Assembly: GCA_964483105.1 (NCBI GenBank)
Contig: CAYZZU010000006.1
Location: 16,589 to 80,588 of the forward strand
Length of the DNA stretch: 64,000 nt
Source: an uncultured Nitrospirota bacterium
GTDB lineage: Bacteria > CG2-30-53-67
Direction of reading: 5' to 3'
Positions 8,729 to 17,820 of the stretch are shown here, in pieces (positions within the stretch are counted from its first letter, which is position 1; each line of letters starts with the position of its first letter). Both the position numbers and the translations under genes were made by a program. Below the pieces are notes generated by a model. It did no database searches, was not told where the DNA came from, and was given only the letters and a program-made list of their open reading frames with translations.

Positions 8729-10069
8729 ATGGCTTTCTTCAAAAGAAAAAAGAAGGACAAGAGGATTGAGGACGTTACGCAATGGGCGAAGGGATATCTG
8801 GAGTCCCGTGAGGACCGGGAATTTCCTCCGGATATCCTGACACCGGATGAATGGAGGACGGAGCGGAGAGAAGGTCGGGAAGACGTGATCCCCATCGCGA
8901 CTCCTGCGCCCAAATCCGGAGTGGGAGAAGACACTGGATCCGGTTCCGCTCCGGTGACGACTGTACCGGCGTTTCCGGAGAAGGGAGAACCATGCGAAGA
9001 CTCGATCCACAACGTTCCCGAAAACCCCGAGGAAGGTGAGGCGGGCACGGAGGGGTCCCGGGACGGTGAGATTTCGGCGCTCGCCCGGGAAGAGCGGAAG
9101 GAGGTCGCTGCATCCAAACCTGTTCACGAGGAGGGGAGGGGGAGCGGGATTCACACGGGGTTCCTCCAGCGGCTCCGTGTCGGGCTTTCCAGAACACGGG
9201 ATGGAATGGTGGGACGGATCGACCGGCTGCTTTCCATCGGGAAGAAAATAGATGCCGCGACTCTTGAGGAATTGGAAGAAATTCTGATTGAGTCCGATCT
9301 GGGTGTACAGCTTTCCCTCTCCCTGATCCAGAAGATTCAGGAAGGGGTGCGTCGACGTGATCTGAACGATTCCGGAAAGATCCGGACGTTGATCCGAAGG
9401 GAGCTGGAAGGGATTCTGAAAAACAACAACGGTGGTCTGAACCGTCCGAACAGCGGACCCTATGTGATCATGGTGGTTGGTGTGAACGGGGTGGGTAAAA
9501 CCACGACCATCGGAAAGCTTGCGCGACACTTTGTCCGGGAAGGGGAAAGTGTGATCCTGGCCGCCGGCGATACTTTCCGGGCCGCTGCCGCCGAGCAGTT
9601 GAAGATTTGGGGGGAGCGAGTGGGCGCCGATGTGGTTCAACACAGGAATGGATCCGACCCGTCCGCCGTAGTTTTTGACGCACTGAAGGCCGCGGTTTCC
9701 AGGGGCGCGGATGTGGTGATTGCCGACACTGCGGGGAGGCTCCATACCCGGACGAATCTCATGGAGGAACTGAAGAAGATGAAACGGGTGATGAATCAGG
9801 TCATCCCCGGATCCCCCCATGAAATCCTCCTTGTCCTGGACGCAACCACGGGTCAGAATGCGCTTTCACAGGCGAAGACCTTCCACGAAGCTGTAGGGGT
9901 CACCGGTATTGTGTTAACCAAACTGGATGGGACCGCCAAAGGCGGCATTGTTACGGCCATTGTGGGGGAACTGGGTCTTCCCGTCCAGTGGATTGGAATC
10001 GGAGAGGCAATGGATGATCTTCGGAATTTTGAGCCGGAGGCGTTTGTGGGCGCCCTCTTTGATGATTGA
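8729..10069 (+). CDS. ftsY: Signal recognition particle receptor FtsY
   Basis: Acidic N-region, then NG domain with GVNGVGKTTTIGKLA, DTAGRLH and TKLDGTAKGG GTPase motifs. ATG at 8729 has an AAGGA RBS. Confidence 0.9.
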   Translation: MAFFKRKKKDKRIEDVTQWAKGYLESREDREFPPDILTPDEWRTERREGREDVIPIATPAPKSGVGEDTGSGSAPVTTVPAFPEKGEPCEDSIHNVPENPEEGEAGTEGSRDGEISALAREERKEVAASKPVHEEGRGSGIHTGFLQRLRVGLSRTRDGMVGRIDRLLSIGKKIDAATLEELEEILIESDLGVQLSLSLIQKIQEGVRRRDLNDSGKIRTLIRRELEGILKNNNGGLNRPNSGPYVIMVVGVNGVGKTTTIGKLARHFVREGESVILAAGDTFRAAAAEQLKIWGERVGADVVQHRNGSDPSAVVFDALKAAVSRGADVVIADTAGRLHTRTNLMEELKKMKRVMNQVIPGSPHEILLVLDATTGQNALSQAKTFHEAVGVTGIVLTKLDGTAKGGIVTAIVGELGLPVQWIGIGEAMDDLRNFEPEAFVGALFDD

Positions 10070-10095
10070 GGATGGGGTGCCGTTCTTTCAGTTTC

Positions 10096-11481
10096 TTACA
10101 TTGCTTTGGGATTGTCCGGGAAAATCTTCCCGGGATTGAGTATCCCCTTGGGATCGAGGCACGCTTTGATCCTCTCCATGGCTGAAAGGAGGGGCGGGGC
10201 GATCTCCATCCCGATAAAAGCGGATTTGGTCAGACCGATTCCATGCTCGGCGCTCAATGTGCCGCCGAGACGCAACACTTCCTCGAAAAGATCTGGGAGA
10301 CATTTCCTTGCCCGAGGAACCTCTTCCTTTTCCGCCAGGATGTTGACATGAAGGTTTCCGTCCCCGGCATGGCCGAAGGTCAGTACCTGTAGATTCCTTT
10401 CTTCTGCAAAGCGCTGGAGAAAATCGAGGAGTTCAGGAAGACGGCTTCTGGGAACGGCCACGTCTTCATTGATCTTCGTGAGCCCCATCCGGTTGATGGC
10501 CTGAGAAAGATTCCGCCGGGCCTTCCAGAGACGGTCTCGTTCTTCCTCTTTCCCCGCGGTCAGGATTTTCTTTGCCTGATGTTTTCGGCAGATCTCCCCA
10601 ATGGTTTTCATCTGCCGGTCGGTTTCCTCCCGCGTTCCGTCCACTTCAATGAGAAGCGCTGCCCCGGTCCTGGGGGGAGGGGAGAGAGGGAGGAGTTCCT
10701 TGACGGCATGAATACAGTTTTCGTCCATGAATTCCAGGGCACTGGGGACAATCCTGGAGGCGATGATTTCAGAGACTGTTTTCCCGGCATCCAGGTGACG
10801 CGTATAGGATACCCAGGCCGTCCGTTTCGTTTCCGGCTTCGGGATCAGCTTGAGTGTGATTTTCGTGATGACTGCGAGGGTTCCTTCCGACCCGACCAGG
10901 AGGCGGGTCAGATCGTATCCGGTGACTCCCTTGAGAGTCCTGACCCCGGGATGAACGATTTCACCGGTCGCGAGAACAGCCTCCAGTCCCAGTACATAGT
11001 CCCTGGTAACCCCGTATTTGAGGGAACAGAGTCCTCCGGCGCCTGTGGCCACGTTTCCTCCCAGGGTTGAAAAGGCCATGCTGCCCGGGTCCGGGGGGTA
11101 AAAGAGGCCCAATTCCTCGACGGCCTTTCGGAAGACGCCGTTGATGACGCCGGGTTCGACTTCAGCTGAAAGATCTTCGGGGTAGACTCCCAGAATTCGG
11201 TTCATCCGGTTCATGGCCAGGGTGACCCCACCGCGAATCGGGACGGATCCGCCGGCGAATCCGGATCCCGCGCCCCGTGGATAGACCGGAATCTCTTCCC
11301 GATTGCAGAGGAGAAGAATACGGGAAACTTGCTCGGCATCTCCGGGATAGAGGATAACCTCGGGTTTGTGAGAGATCTGTGTGGCGTCATAGGCGTGGCA
11401 AACCCGCGCGCTTTCCGAGGAGTCGAGGCGTCCGTGACCCACAATTTTCTGGAAACGTCGAAGGATCTTTCTGCTGATCAA
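10096..11481 (-). CDS. glcD: FAD-linked oxidase (GlcD / D-lactate dehydrogenase family)
   Basis: FAD-binding PCMH-type domain (PRGAGSGFAGGSVP) and C-terminal FAD-oxidase domain. Confidence 0.8.
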   Translation of the reverse strand: MISRKILRRFQKIVGHGRLDSSESARVCHAYDATQISHKPEVILYPGDAEQVSRILLLCNREEIPVYPRGAGSGFAGGSVPIRGGVTLAMNRMNRILGVYPEDLSAEVEPGVINGVFRKAVEELGLFYPPDPGSMAFSTLGGNVATGAGGLCSLKYGVTRDYVLGLEAVLATGEIVHPGVRTLKGVTGYDLTRLLVGSEGTLAVITKITLKLIPKPETKRTAWVSYTRHLDAGKTVSEIIASRIVPSALEFMDENCIHAVKELLPLSPPPRTGAALLIEVDGTREETDRQMKTIGEICRKHQAKKILTAGKEEERDRLWKARRNLSQAINRMGLTKINEDVAVPRSRLPELLDFLQRFAEERNLQVLTFGHAGDGNLHVNILAEKEEVPRARKCLPDLFEEVLRLGGTLSAEHGIGLTKSAFIGMEIAPPLLSAMERIKACLDPKGILNPGKIFPDNPKAM

Positions 11482-11561
11482 TGGAATTCGAGTCCGTTAT
11501 TCAAAACAGTCTGCCTGAAAAGGGGAGGATCAAGAAAACGTCCACCTGTTTTTGAGGCCGG

Positions 11562-14500
11562 CTACGCACTCATTTGTGCTTCATGGCCATCATTGAAACG
11601 GACGGAAACCATTTTGGAGATTCCCGGTTCCTGCATGGTGATTCCATAGAGCGCGTCCGAGGCCTCCATGGTGCTTTTGTTGTGAGTGATTACAATGAAT
11701 TGTGTGTCCCGTGTCAGGAGCTTGATGAGCTCATTGTAGCGTTCTACATTGGCGTCGTCAAGAGGGGCATCCGCCTCATCCAGAAGACAAAAAGGAGTGG
11801 GCTTCACCAGGAAACCGGCAAAAATCAAGGCAATGGCGGCCAGGGCCTTTTCTCCTCCGGAAAGGAGGGAGAGGTGCTGTGTTTTTTTACCGGGGGGTTG
11901 AGCGATGATTTCCACACCGGCGTCCAGGACATCTTCTCCCTCTTCCAGTCTGAGTTCCGCGTGTCCTCCCTGAAAGAGTTCTTGGAACACCTTCTGAAAT
12001 TGCCGGTTGATGGCGTCAAAGGCGTTTAAAAAGCGTTGTTTGGAGGTTCGATTGATCTTCCGGATTGTGGACATCAGGATATCCACCGATTCCTGAAGGT
12101 CCGCTTCCTGGGCGGTCAGAAATTCGAATCGTTCCTGCAGGGCATTGTATTCCTCAATGGCCGTAATGTTGACGGGTCCCATCTGATCGATTTTCCGCTT
12201 TAACTCCTCCAAACGGTTTCTGCCGGTGGCCGGATCGATGGACTGCTCCAGATAGCCGGTATAACATTCCTCGATGGTCTGTTGATATTTTTCCCGGATT
12301 CTTGATTGCAGATGATCCATTTTAATGGAAAGCTCGGTTTTCCGGACTTCGACTTCATTCAGGACCTGACGAAGTTGATCCAGCTCATACCGGAGCGCGC
12401 GGAATTCTTTCTGTTCGGCATCGCGTTCGCTTCTCAGGGTTTCAAACGTATCCTGTTTCTGCGCAAAAAGAAGGGAGCGTTCTTCTTTACGTTCAATCAG
12501 GGTCAGAATCAGAGCTTCGGTCGACTCCTTTTCTTCATGGGTTTGATCGAGCTGAATCTTTGCGTCCTCGCTCTCGCGTTTTCTCGATTCAATCAGATTT
12601 CTGATGTTTTGCAGGGCCGATTGATTTTTTTCAATATGGGAACGTATGGACGCGCTTTTCTCCTGCAGGGACGCGATTCGGACACGTTCTTCCGTGATCT
12701 CTTTTCGTTTCTCAACAAGATTACGACGTAGACTGTTGATTTTTTCCATGGCACGCGAGACGCTTGACTGTTGTTCCATCTGTTCCCGCTCCATGACGGA
12801 GAGGTCGTTCTGCATCGCAGTCAGGTCCTGTCCGACTGCGAGGAGTTTGGATGAGCGCGCTTCGTAATCCTGTGACAATCCTTCCATCTTCTGACGGAGA
12901 TGCGCGGCCTCAGCCGCGAGAGAGGTCTCTTCCTTTTCCAGCTGCACCCGTTCCGAGTCCAGGGCTTGCAGTTCGGACGATGTCTCCCTGAGTTTCTTTT
13001 TTATGTTCGTGATCTCCTGGCTCAGACGGTCCCGTATGGATCCGCTCTGCCGGAGACGCTCCTGGAGTGCCTGCAGGGAGATTCTCAGTTCCCGGATTTC
13101 TCTTTTCCTCCGGATAAATCCACTCGATGTCTTGTGCAGAAGGCCGCCTTCGACTGTTCCGGAAGGGTGCAGAATTTCACCGTGCAGAGTGACCAGTGTG
13201 CGTTGGAATCCGTTCCTGCGGAACAGAGCAACGGCCTGCTCCAGATTTTCCATGACGACCACGTCTCCGAGAAGATGTTCGGCAACTCCCCGGAACCTTG
13301 CATCGTAACGGACCAGATCCAAAGCCTCTCCCACCACGCCGGTTTCCTTCGCGCGTACGAAAGGGGTCCTCTCCGTATTTCTGGGGGCAAGCGGGATGAA
13401 ACAGCCCCGGCCGATCCGGTTTTCCCTGAGATGATCGACGGCCCGGAGCGCCTCTTCCGGGCTGTCGACGACCAGGCTTTGATACTGACTGTTGAGGGCT
13501 GATTCAATGGCTACCTCGAACCTCGGGTCCGTCTCGAAAATTTCGGCAACCAGTGAATGAAACACCGGGAGTCCATCCCCATGATCCGGGTTTCTTGAAG
13601 TTTGAAGGAGAGAACGTACTCCCTTGTCATATCCCTCCATACTCTCCTGCAGTTCAACCAGCGTGGAAAGCCGGGAGCTTCCCTGGCCTGCCTGTTCACG
13701 AATCCGGGAGAGTTGCTCCAGCACCGACGCGAGTTCGGCCTCTCTTTCCTCCAGGGTTTGAAGGATCCGCGCCTGCTCCGCCCGTTTTGTCTCGACGGCA
13801 GTCAGCAGCGTCCGCAGCTTTCCCGCATGGCTCCTTTGTTGTTCTTCTTTCCGGGTGAGCCGCACTTCCAGGTCGGCGCGCATGGTCTTGGAGTCTTTGT
13901 GGAGATTCAGGAGGGTTTCCCGTTCCCGGAGGTGGTTCTCTATCCGGTTTTTCTGAATAGCGACCCGACGCATCAAATCGGTGAGCAGACTCCGTTTTTC
14001 TTCAGCGTTCTGTTCGCATTCTTCCTGAACCTTGCTCAGCGCGTCATGCTCTTCCTCCCTTTCCCGGAGTTGTTCTTCCGATTCCTCCATGGTTTGAGAG
14101 ACTCTTTGAAGTTCTTTCTGCAGGTTTTCCGTCGCGGTCCGGGTGGTTTGGATTCCCTCTTCGAGACGTTGTATTTCCCGGTTGGACCCTTCGGAAATCG
14201 ACCGGAAATGAGAAATATTCTCCTTCAGAATTTCAACACGGTTCTCTCTCCGCGAAATGTCCGTTTCAATTCCCCTGATTCCATCCTGAAGCGCGCGGAG
14301 ATCTTTCTCCAGGTCCAAAACCTGAAGTTCCAGGTCTTCAATCCGGGTTTCCTTGGAAGAAATATGGGAAAGGATTTCAGCCTCACGGGTTTTTCGGGTC
14401 TGGTACTCCTGTTCCAGACCGGCGCCTTTTCCCTTCAGATCCGCATATTCCAGGGCGGAAAGAAACAAATCCAGTTCCTGTATCTCTTTTTTATAATTCT

Positions 14501-15155
14501 TGTAACGTTCCGCCTTCTTGGCTTGGCGATCCAGAGAGTTTCTCTGTCGTGCTACTTCCGCGATGATATCCCGTACCCGGGACAGATTCTCCCGGGTGCG
14601 GGAAAGCTTGCGCAGTGCCTCTTCTTTCCTCGACTTGTATTTTGATATACCCGCGGCCTCTTCAAAGAGAAAACGTCTTTCCCTCGGTTTCGCATTCAGG
14701 ATGGACGAGATACTTTCCTGTCCGATGATGGAGTAGGCCTTGGCGCCCAGGCCGGTGTCCATGAAGAGTTCACGGATATCACTGAGTCTGCAGGGAATCC
14801 GGTTGATCAGATATTCGCTTTCTCCGGAGCGGTAATACCGTCGGGTAATCTGGATTTCTTCGAAGGCGCCGAAATCAGGAGAGATACCCGGATCGATATC
14901 GGTGATGACCAGCGTGACCTCGGCCATCCCCATGGGGGCCCTGGATCCGGTTCCGTTGAAGATGACATCCTCCATCCGTTCTCCCCGGATCTGTTTAGCG
15001 CTCTGCTCTCCGAGTACCCAGCGGATGGCGTCGGAGATATTACTTTTTCCGCAGCCGTTCGGGCCGACAATGGAGGTGATCCCGGGCTGAAAATAGATCT
15101 TGGTCTTATCGGCGAATGACTTGAAACCGGTCACTTCAAGGCTCTTGAATCGCAT
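11562..15155 (-). CDS. smc: Chromosome segregation protein SMC
   Basis: N-terminal Walker A (FKSFADKTKIYFQPGITSIVGPNGCGKSNISDAIRWVLGEQS), long coiled coils, hinge, and C-terminal signature/Walker B (LSGGEKALAAIALIFA...LDEADAPLD). 1197 aa. Confidence 0.95.
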   Translation of the reverse strand: MRFKSLEVTGFKSFADKTKIYFQPGITSIVGPNGCGKSNISDAIRWVLGEQSAKQIRGERMEDVIFNGTGSRAPMGMAEVTLVITDIDPGISPDFGAFEEIQITRRYYRSGESEYLINRIPCRLSDIRELFMDTGLGAKAYSIIGQESISSILNAKPRERRFLFEEAAGISKYKSRKEEALRKLSRTRENLSRVRDIIAEVARQRNSLDRQAKKAERYKNYKKEIQELDLFLSALEYADLKGKGAGLEQEYQTRKTREAEILSHISSKETRIEDLELQVLDLEKDLRALQDGIRGIETDISRRENRVEILKENISHFRSISEGSNREIQRLEEGIQTTRTATENLQKELQRVSQTMEESEEQLREREEEHDALSKVQEECEQNAEEKRSLLTDLMRRVAIQKNRIENHLRERETLLNLHKDSKTMRADLEVRLTRKEEQQRSHAGKLRTLLTAVETKRAEQARILQTLEEREAELASVLEQLSRIREQAGQGSSRLSTLVELQESMEGYDKGVRSLLQTSRNPDHGDGLPVFHSLVAEIFETDPRFEVAIESALNSQYQSLVVDSPEEALRAVDHLRENRIGRGCFIPLAPRNTERTPFVRAKETGVVGEALDLVRYDARFRGVAEHLLGDVVVMENLEQAVALFRRNGFQRTLVTLHGEILHPSGTVEGGLLHKTSSGFIRRKREIRELRISLQALQERLRQSGSIRDRLSQEITNIKKKLRETSSELQALDSERVQLEKEETSLAAEAAHLRQKMEGLSQDYEARSSKLLAVGQDLTAMQNDLSVMEREQMEQQSSVSRAMEKINSLRRNLVEKRKEITEERVRIASLQEKSASIRSHIEKNQSALQNIRNLIESRKRESEDAKIQLDQTHEEKESTEALILTLIERKEERSLLFAQKQDTFETLRSERDAEQKEFRALRYELDQLRQVLNEVEVRKTELSIKMDHLQSRIREKYQQTIEECYTGYLEQSIDPATGRNRLEELKRKIDQMGPVNITAIEEYNALQERFEFLTAQEADLQESVDILMSTIRKINRTSKQRFLNAFDAINRQFQKVFQELFQGGHAELRLEEGEDVLDAGVEIIAQPPGKKTQHLSLLSGGEKALAAIALIFAGFLVKPTPFCLLDEADAPLDDANVERYNELIKLLTRDTQFIVITHNKSTMEASDALYGITMQEPGISKMVSVRFNDGHEAQMSA

Positions 15156-15351
15156 GGCCGCTCTCCTGTTCTGATTTTGCGTTGAGTACTATCATGAATC
15201 GGCGAAGATGTAAAGTGTAAAATACAACAAAATGAATGATTAATTTATACACCACAATATATGGTATTTCCAGCAGCGGGTGTTTAAAGAGTGTCATTGT
15301 TTTGAAATAAAAAATTGACTTGAAGAATAAACAGTGAAATAATAAAAAAAT

Positions 15352-15423
15352 AAAGAGGCTGAGGAGGCTGAGGAGGCTGAGGAGGCTGAGGAGGCTGAGG
15401 AGGCTGAGGAGGCTGAGGAGGCT
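15352..15423. repeat. Perfect tandem repeat of the 9-mer GAGGAGGCT (7 full copies plus a partial leading copy), ending 3 nt before an ATG
   Basis: Read directly: aGAGGCT then 7x GAGGAGGCT, then GAT ATG. Each unit contains a GGAGG Shine-Dalgarno-like motif. The repeat is in-frame with the downstream ORF, but the frame is closed by a TAA at 15343 with no start in between. Confidence 0.95.
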
Positions 15424-15426
15424 GAT

Positions 15427-15882
15427 ATGGCACATTTCGCGGATGGGTACACGCTGGAAGATATTCTGTTGATTACGTCTCTGCAGAAAAAGAGCGGCGA
15501 ATTGACACTGGAAACGGAGAAGGGCAAGGGATCCCTTATTTTTCTAAACGGCAATATTATTGATTCGAATGCTCCGAACGCGACCCCTCTGGGAGATATG
15601 CTGGTACAGAAGGGGGTCATGACAAAAGACGAAGTGGTTTCATCTCTTGACAGGCAGAAGAGAGAGCCGAAGAGCGGAAGGATCGGTCAGATTCTCGTGG
15701 AATCAGGCAGTGCGGATACACCTTGTATTCAGCGGATGGTCAAAGAACAAATCTTTTCTGCCATAGAAGATTTCAGTACCTGGCGGAATGTTTATTTCAA
15801 GTTTCAGGAAAAAGAGATTACAGCGAGCGATAACATTCACGTGAGCCTGACGGATATTATCAACCGGATGGCCGTGGATTGA
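15427..15882 (+). CDS. Small cytoplasmic protein: N-terminal DUF4388-like region plus a C-terminal duplicated MshEN-type motif (putative c-di-GMP receptor)
   Basis: Two 24-aa segments, PLGDMLVQKGVMTKDEVVSSLDRQ and RIGQILVESGSADTPCIQRMVKEQ separated by 7 aa, fit the MshEN consensus RLGxxLLxxGLLxxxxLxxxLxxQ. N-terminal segment YTLEDILLITSLQKKSGELTL...GSLIFLNGNII resembles DUF4388. Confidence 0.55.
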   Translation: MAHFADGYTLEDILLITSLQKKSGELTLETEKGKGSLIFLNGNIIDSNAPNATPLGDMLVQKGVMTKDEVVSSLDRQKREPKSGRIGQILVESGSADTPCIQRMVKEQIFSAIEDFSTWRNVYFKFQEKEITASDNIHVSLTDIINRMAVD

Positions 15883-16287
15883 CCGTAGTTTTGCATTCCG
15901 GATCAAGCAGTCCCACCAAAGTACCCTCCTCCGGAGAACCCGTTTCCTTTTTTGAAAAGGTCTTGTTCGTCAATACGGCGGCCTGTCCGCGTGCTTTTCT
16001 CCCGTACAGGCTGATATTTGAGTGCCGCAGGACGGCCTTTGCATCCTTGCGCTCCCTGCGCTGTACCCGGAAGGAGTGCGCCGCCGGTTGCGGGTCTTGA
16101 TGAGACCGCCCTACAGTTCTCTCGGTGCGTCACCGTAATTTACGAGCAGGACCACCGGGCCGTACCCTTTGCAAAAAGTTGTTGAAAAACAGGATGGTTT
16201 GAGTTAAGTTTCAGATCTTACCGGAGTCTGTTTATGCTCCCGTCCGGTTTCTCCGGTTTGGGAGAATTTTCCAAGGAGGGGAATTTG

Positions 16288-17808
16288 ATGATGCCTATCA
16301 AACGGTTTTGGATCTTCATTCTGGTAGTCCTTTCCTTTTTCGGGGGAGTTTTTTATGCGGAATACAGTCCTCTGAAAGCGGCCCACGCCGCTTTTGATTT
16401 TTTCAAGCCACGTGAGCAGACGAAACCGCATAAGATTTCTCCGACCATTGAAAAGAAAGCTCTTGGTTCCATGCAGCAGGCGCCGATTTCTTTTGTCGAG
16501 CTTGTGAAAAAAGAAAAACCCGCCGTGGTCAACATCAGCACAACGCAGGTGGTAAAACGGAAAGGGTTTCCCCATCCCCCTTTCCAGGGCGGGCCGAGTC
16601 CCTTCGATCGGTTTTTCGGAGACGATTTTTTCCGGAGGTTTTTCGGGGATGGGCAGTCCCGGGAGTTCAAGACCAAAAGTCTGGGTTCCGGTTTTATCAT
16701 CGACAAGGAAGGGCATATCCTGACGAATAATCATGTGATTGAGAACGCGTCGGAGATTGTCGTCAGACTTTCCAACGAAAAGGAATTCAAGGCAACCCTG
16801 ATCGGACGGGATCCGAAAACCGATATCGCCCTGATCCAGATTCAGGCGAAGAACGATCTGCCTCTGGTGAATATCGGGGATTCGGATCAGGTACAGGTTG
16901 GAGAGTGGGCGGTCGCTATCGGCAATCCTTTCGGCCTTGAGCAGACGGTGACCGCCGGTATCATCAGCGCGAAGGGACGCGTGATCGGTTCGGGTCCTTA
17001 TGATAATTTCATCCAGACGGATGCCTCCATCAACCCCGGGAACAGTGGAGGTCCTCTCTTCAATACCAAAGGTGAAGTCATTGGGATCAATACGGCGATC
17101 ATTGCGGGCGGACAGGGGATCGGTTTCGCAATTCCCATCAATGTCGCCATGAACATTCTTCCTCAGCTCAAAGAGAAAGGGAAGGTGGTGCGTGGCTGGC
17201 TGGGGGTGATGGTCCAGCATATCACGCCGGATCTTGCGGAGAGTTTAAAGTTGAAGAGCAACGAGGGCGCACTGATCGCCGAGGTGGCCGAAGGCGGCCC
17301 GGCCGACAAGGCGAAGCTCAAGCGGGGTGACGTCATCCTCGAATATGACGGGAGGAAAGTGGGGCGGATGCGGGATCTGCCTTCCATGGTTGCGGGGACA
17401 CCCGTTGGGAAAGAGGTGAAGGTGCTTGTGCTCCGGAACGGCAAGGAAAAGGTATTCACCGTCAAGATCGGTCAATTGAAAGAGGAAAGGGCGGCCGTTG
17501 TCTCCAAAGATGAGAGCGAACGGTTCGGGATGAAGGTCCAGGAGATTACACCGCAACTGGCGGAATATTTCAAACTGGAAGAGAACGAGGGCGTGGTTGT
17601 GGTGGAAGTCGAGAAGTATGGTCCCGCCGATGAGGTGGGAATCCGGCGTGGCGATATCATCCTGGAAGTCAACCAAAAACCGGTCCGGACTCTTCGTTCT
17701 TACAAGGAAGCTCTTTCCCTGAAAAAGGCGGGCGAGCCCTCGCTGTTCTGGGTCAAACGGGGCGGGAATACGCTGTACTTCGCGATACGGAGTGAACAGA
17801 AGAAATAG
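16288..17808 (+). CDS. degP: Periplasmic serine endoprotease DegP/HtrA (Do family) with two PDZ domains
   Basis: Signal peptide, catalytic triad context (HILTNNHVI, D, GNSGGPL), two PDZ-like segments. ATG at 16288 has an AGGAGG RBS. Confidence 0.9.
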   Translation: MMPIKRFWIFILVVLSFFGGVFYAEYSPLKAAHAAFDFFKPREQTKPHKISPTIEKKALGSMQQAPISFVELVKKEKPAVVNISTTQVVKRKGFPHPPFQGGPSPFDRFFGDDFFRRFFGDGQSREFKTKSLGSGFIIDKEGHILTNNHVIENASEIVVRLSNEKEFKATLIGRDPKTDIALIQIQAKNDLPLVNIGDSDQVQVGEWAVAIGNPFGLEQTVTAGIISAKGRVIGSGPYDNFIQTDASINPGNSGGPLFNTKGEVIGINTAIIAGGQGIGFAIPINVAMNILPQLKEKGKVVRGWLGVMVQHITPDLAESLKLKSNEGALIAEVAEGGPADKAKLKRGDVILEYDGRKVGRMRDLPSMVAGTPVGKEVKVLVLRNGKEKVFTVKIGQLKEERAAVVSKDESERFGMKVQEITPQLAEYFKLEENEGVVVVEVEKYGPADEVGIRRGDIILEVNQKPVRTLRSYKEALSLKKAGEPSLFWVKRGGNTLYFAIRSEQKK

Positions 17809-17820
17809 AGCCGGATCGTT

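Noticed and set aside
11574-14736. Several long plus-strand ORFs (e.g. 13602..14645, 347 aa; 12900..13502; 11574..12029) opposite the smc gene
   Set aside because: They lie entirely antisense to a very well-supported 1197-aa SMC gene. High GC suppresses stop codons in antisense frames, and the translations are low-complexity with no family resemblance
15255-15275. Sigma-54 (-24/-12) promoter candidate TGGTATTTCCAGCA in the smc/MshEN-ORF intergenic region
   Set aside because: GG-to-GC spacing is 8 nt instead of the required 10, and there is no TTGCA -12 element
15352-15423. CRISPR array
   Set aside because: Repeats are 9 bp and directly abutting, with no spacers. No cas genes anywhere in the window
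15136-15620. Minus-strand ORFs encoding LLSLLSLLS... and SASSASSAS... runs
   Set aside because: These are just the reverse-complement reading of the 9-bp tandem repeat. They have no RBS or start context and overlap the AT-rich promoter region
16040-16110. Possible SRP (4.5S) RNA because of a CCGGAAGGAG motif resembling the conserved helix-8 CCGGAAGGAAGCAGC
   Set aside because: Only 9 of about 15 motif positions match. The flanking sequence does not form the required symmetric and asymmetric loop helix, and there is no matching 5'/3' closing stem. Kept only as a generic 'possible sRNA' gap finding
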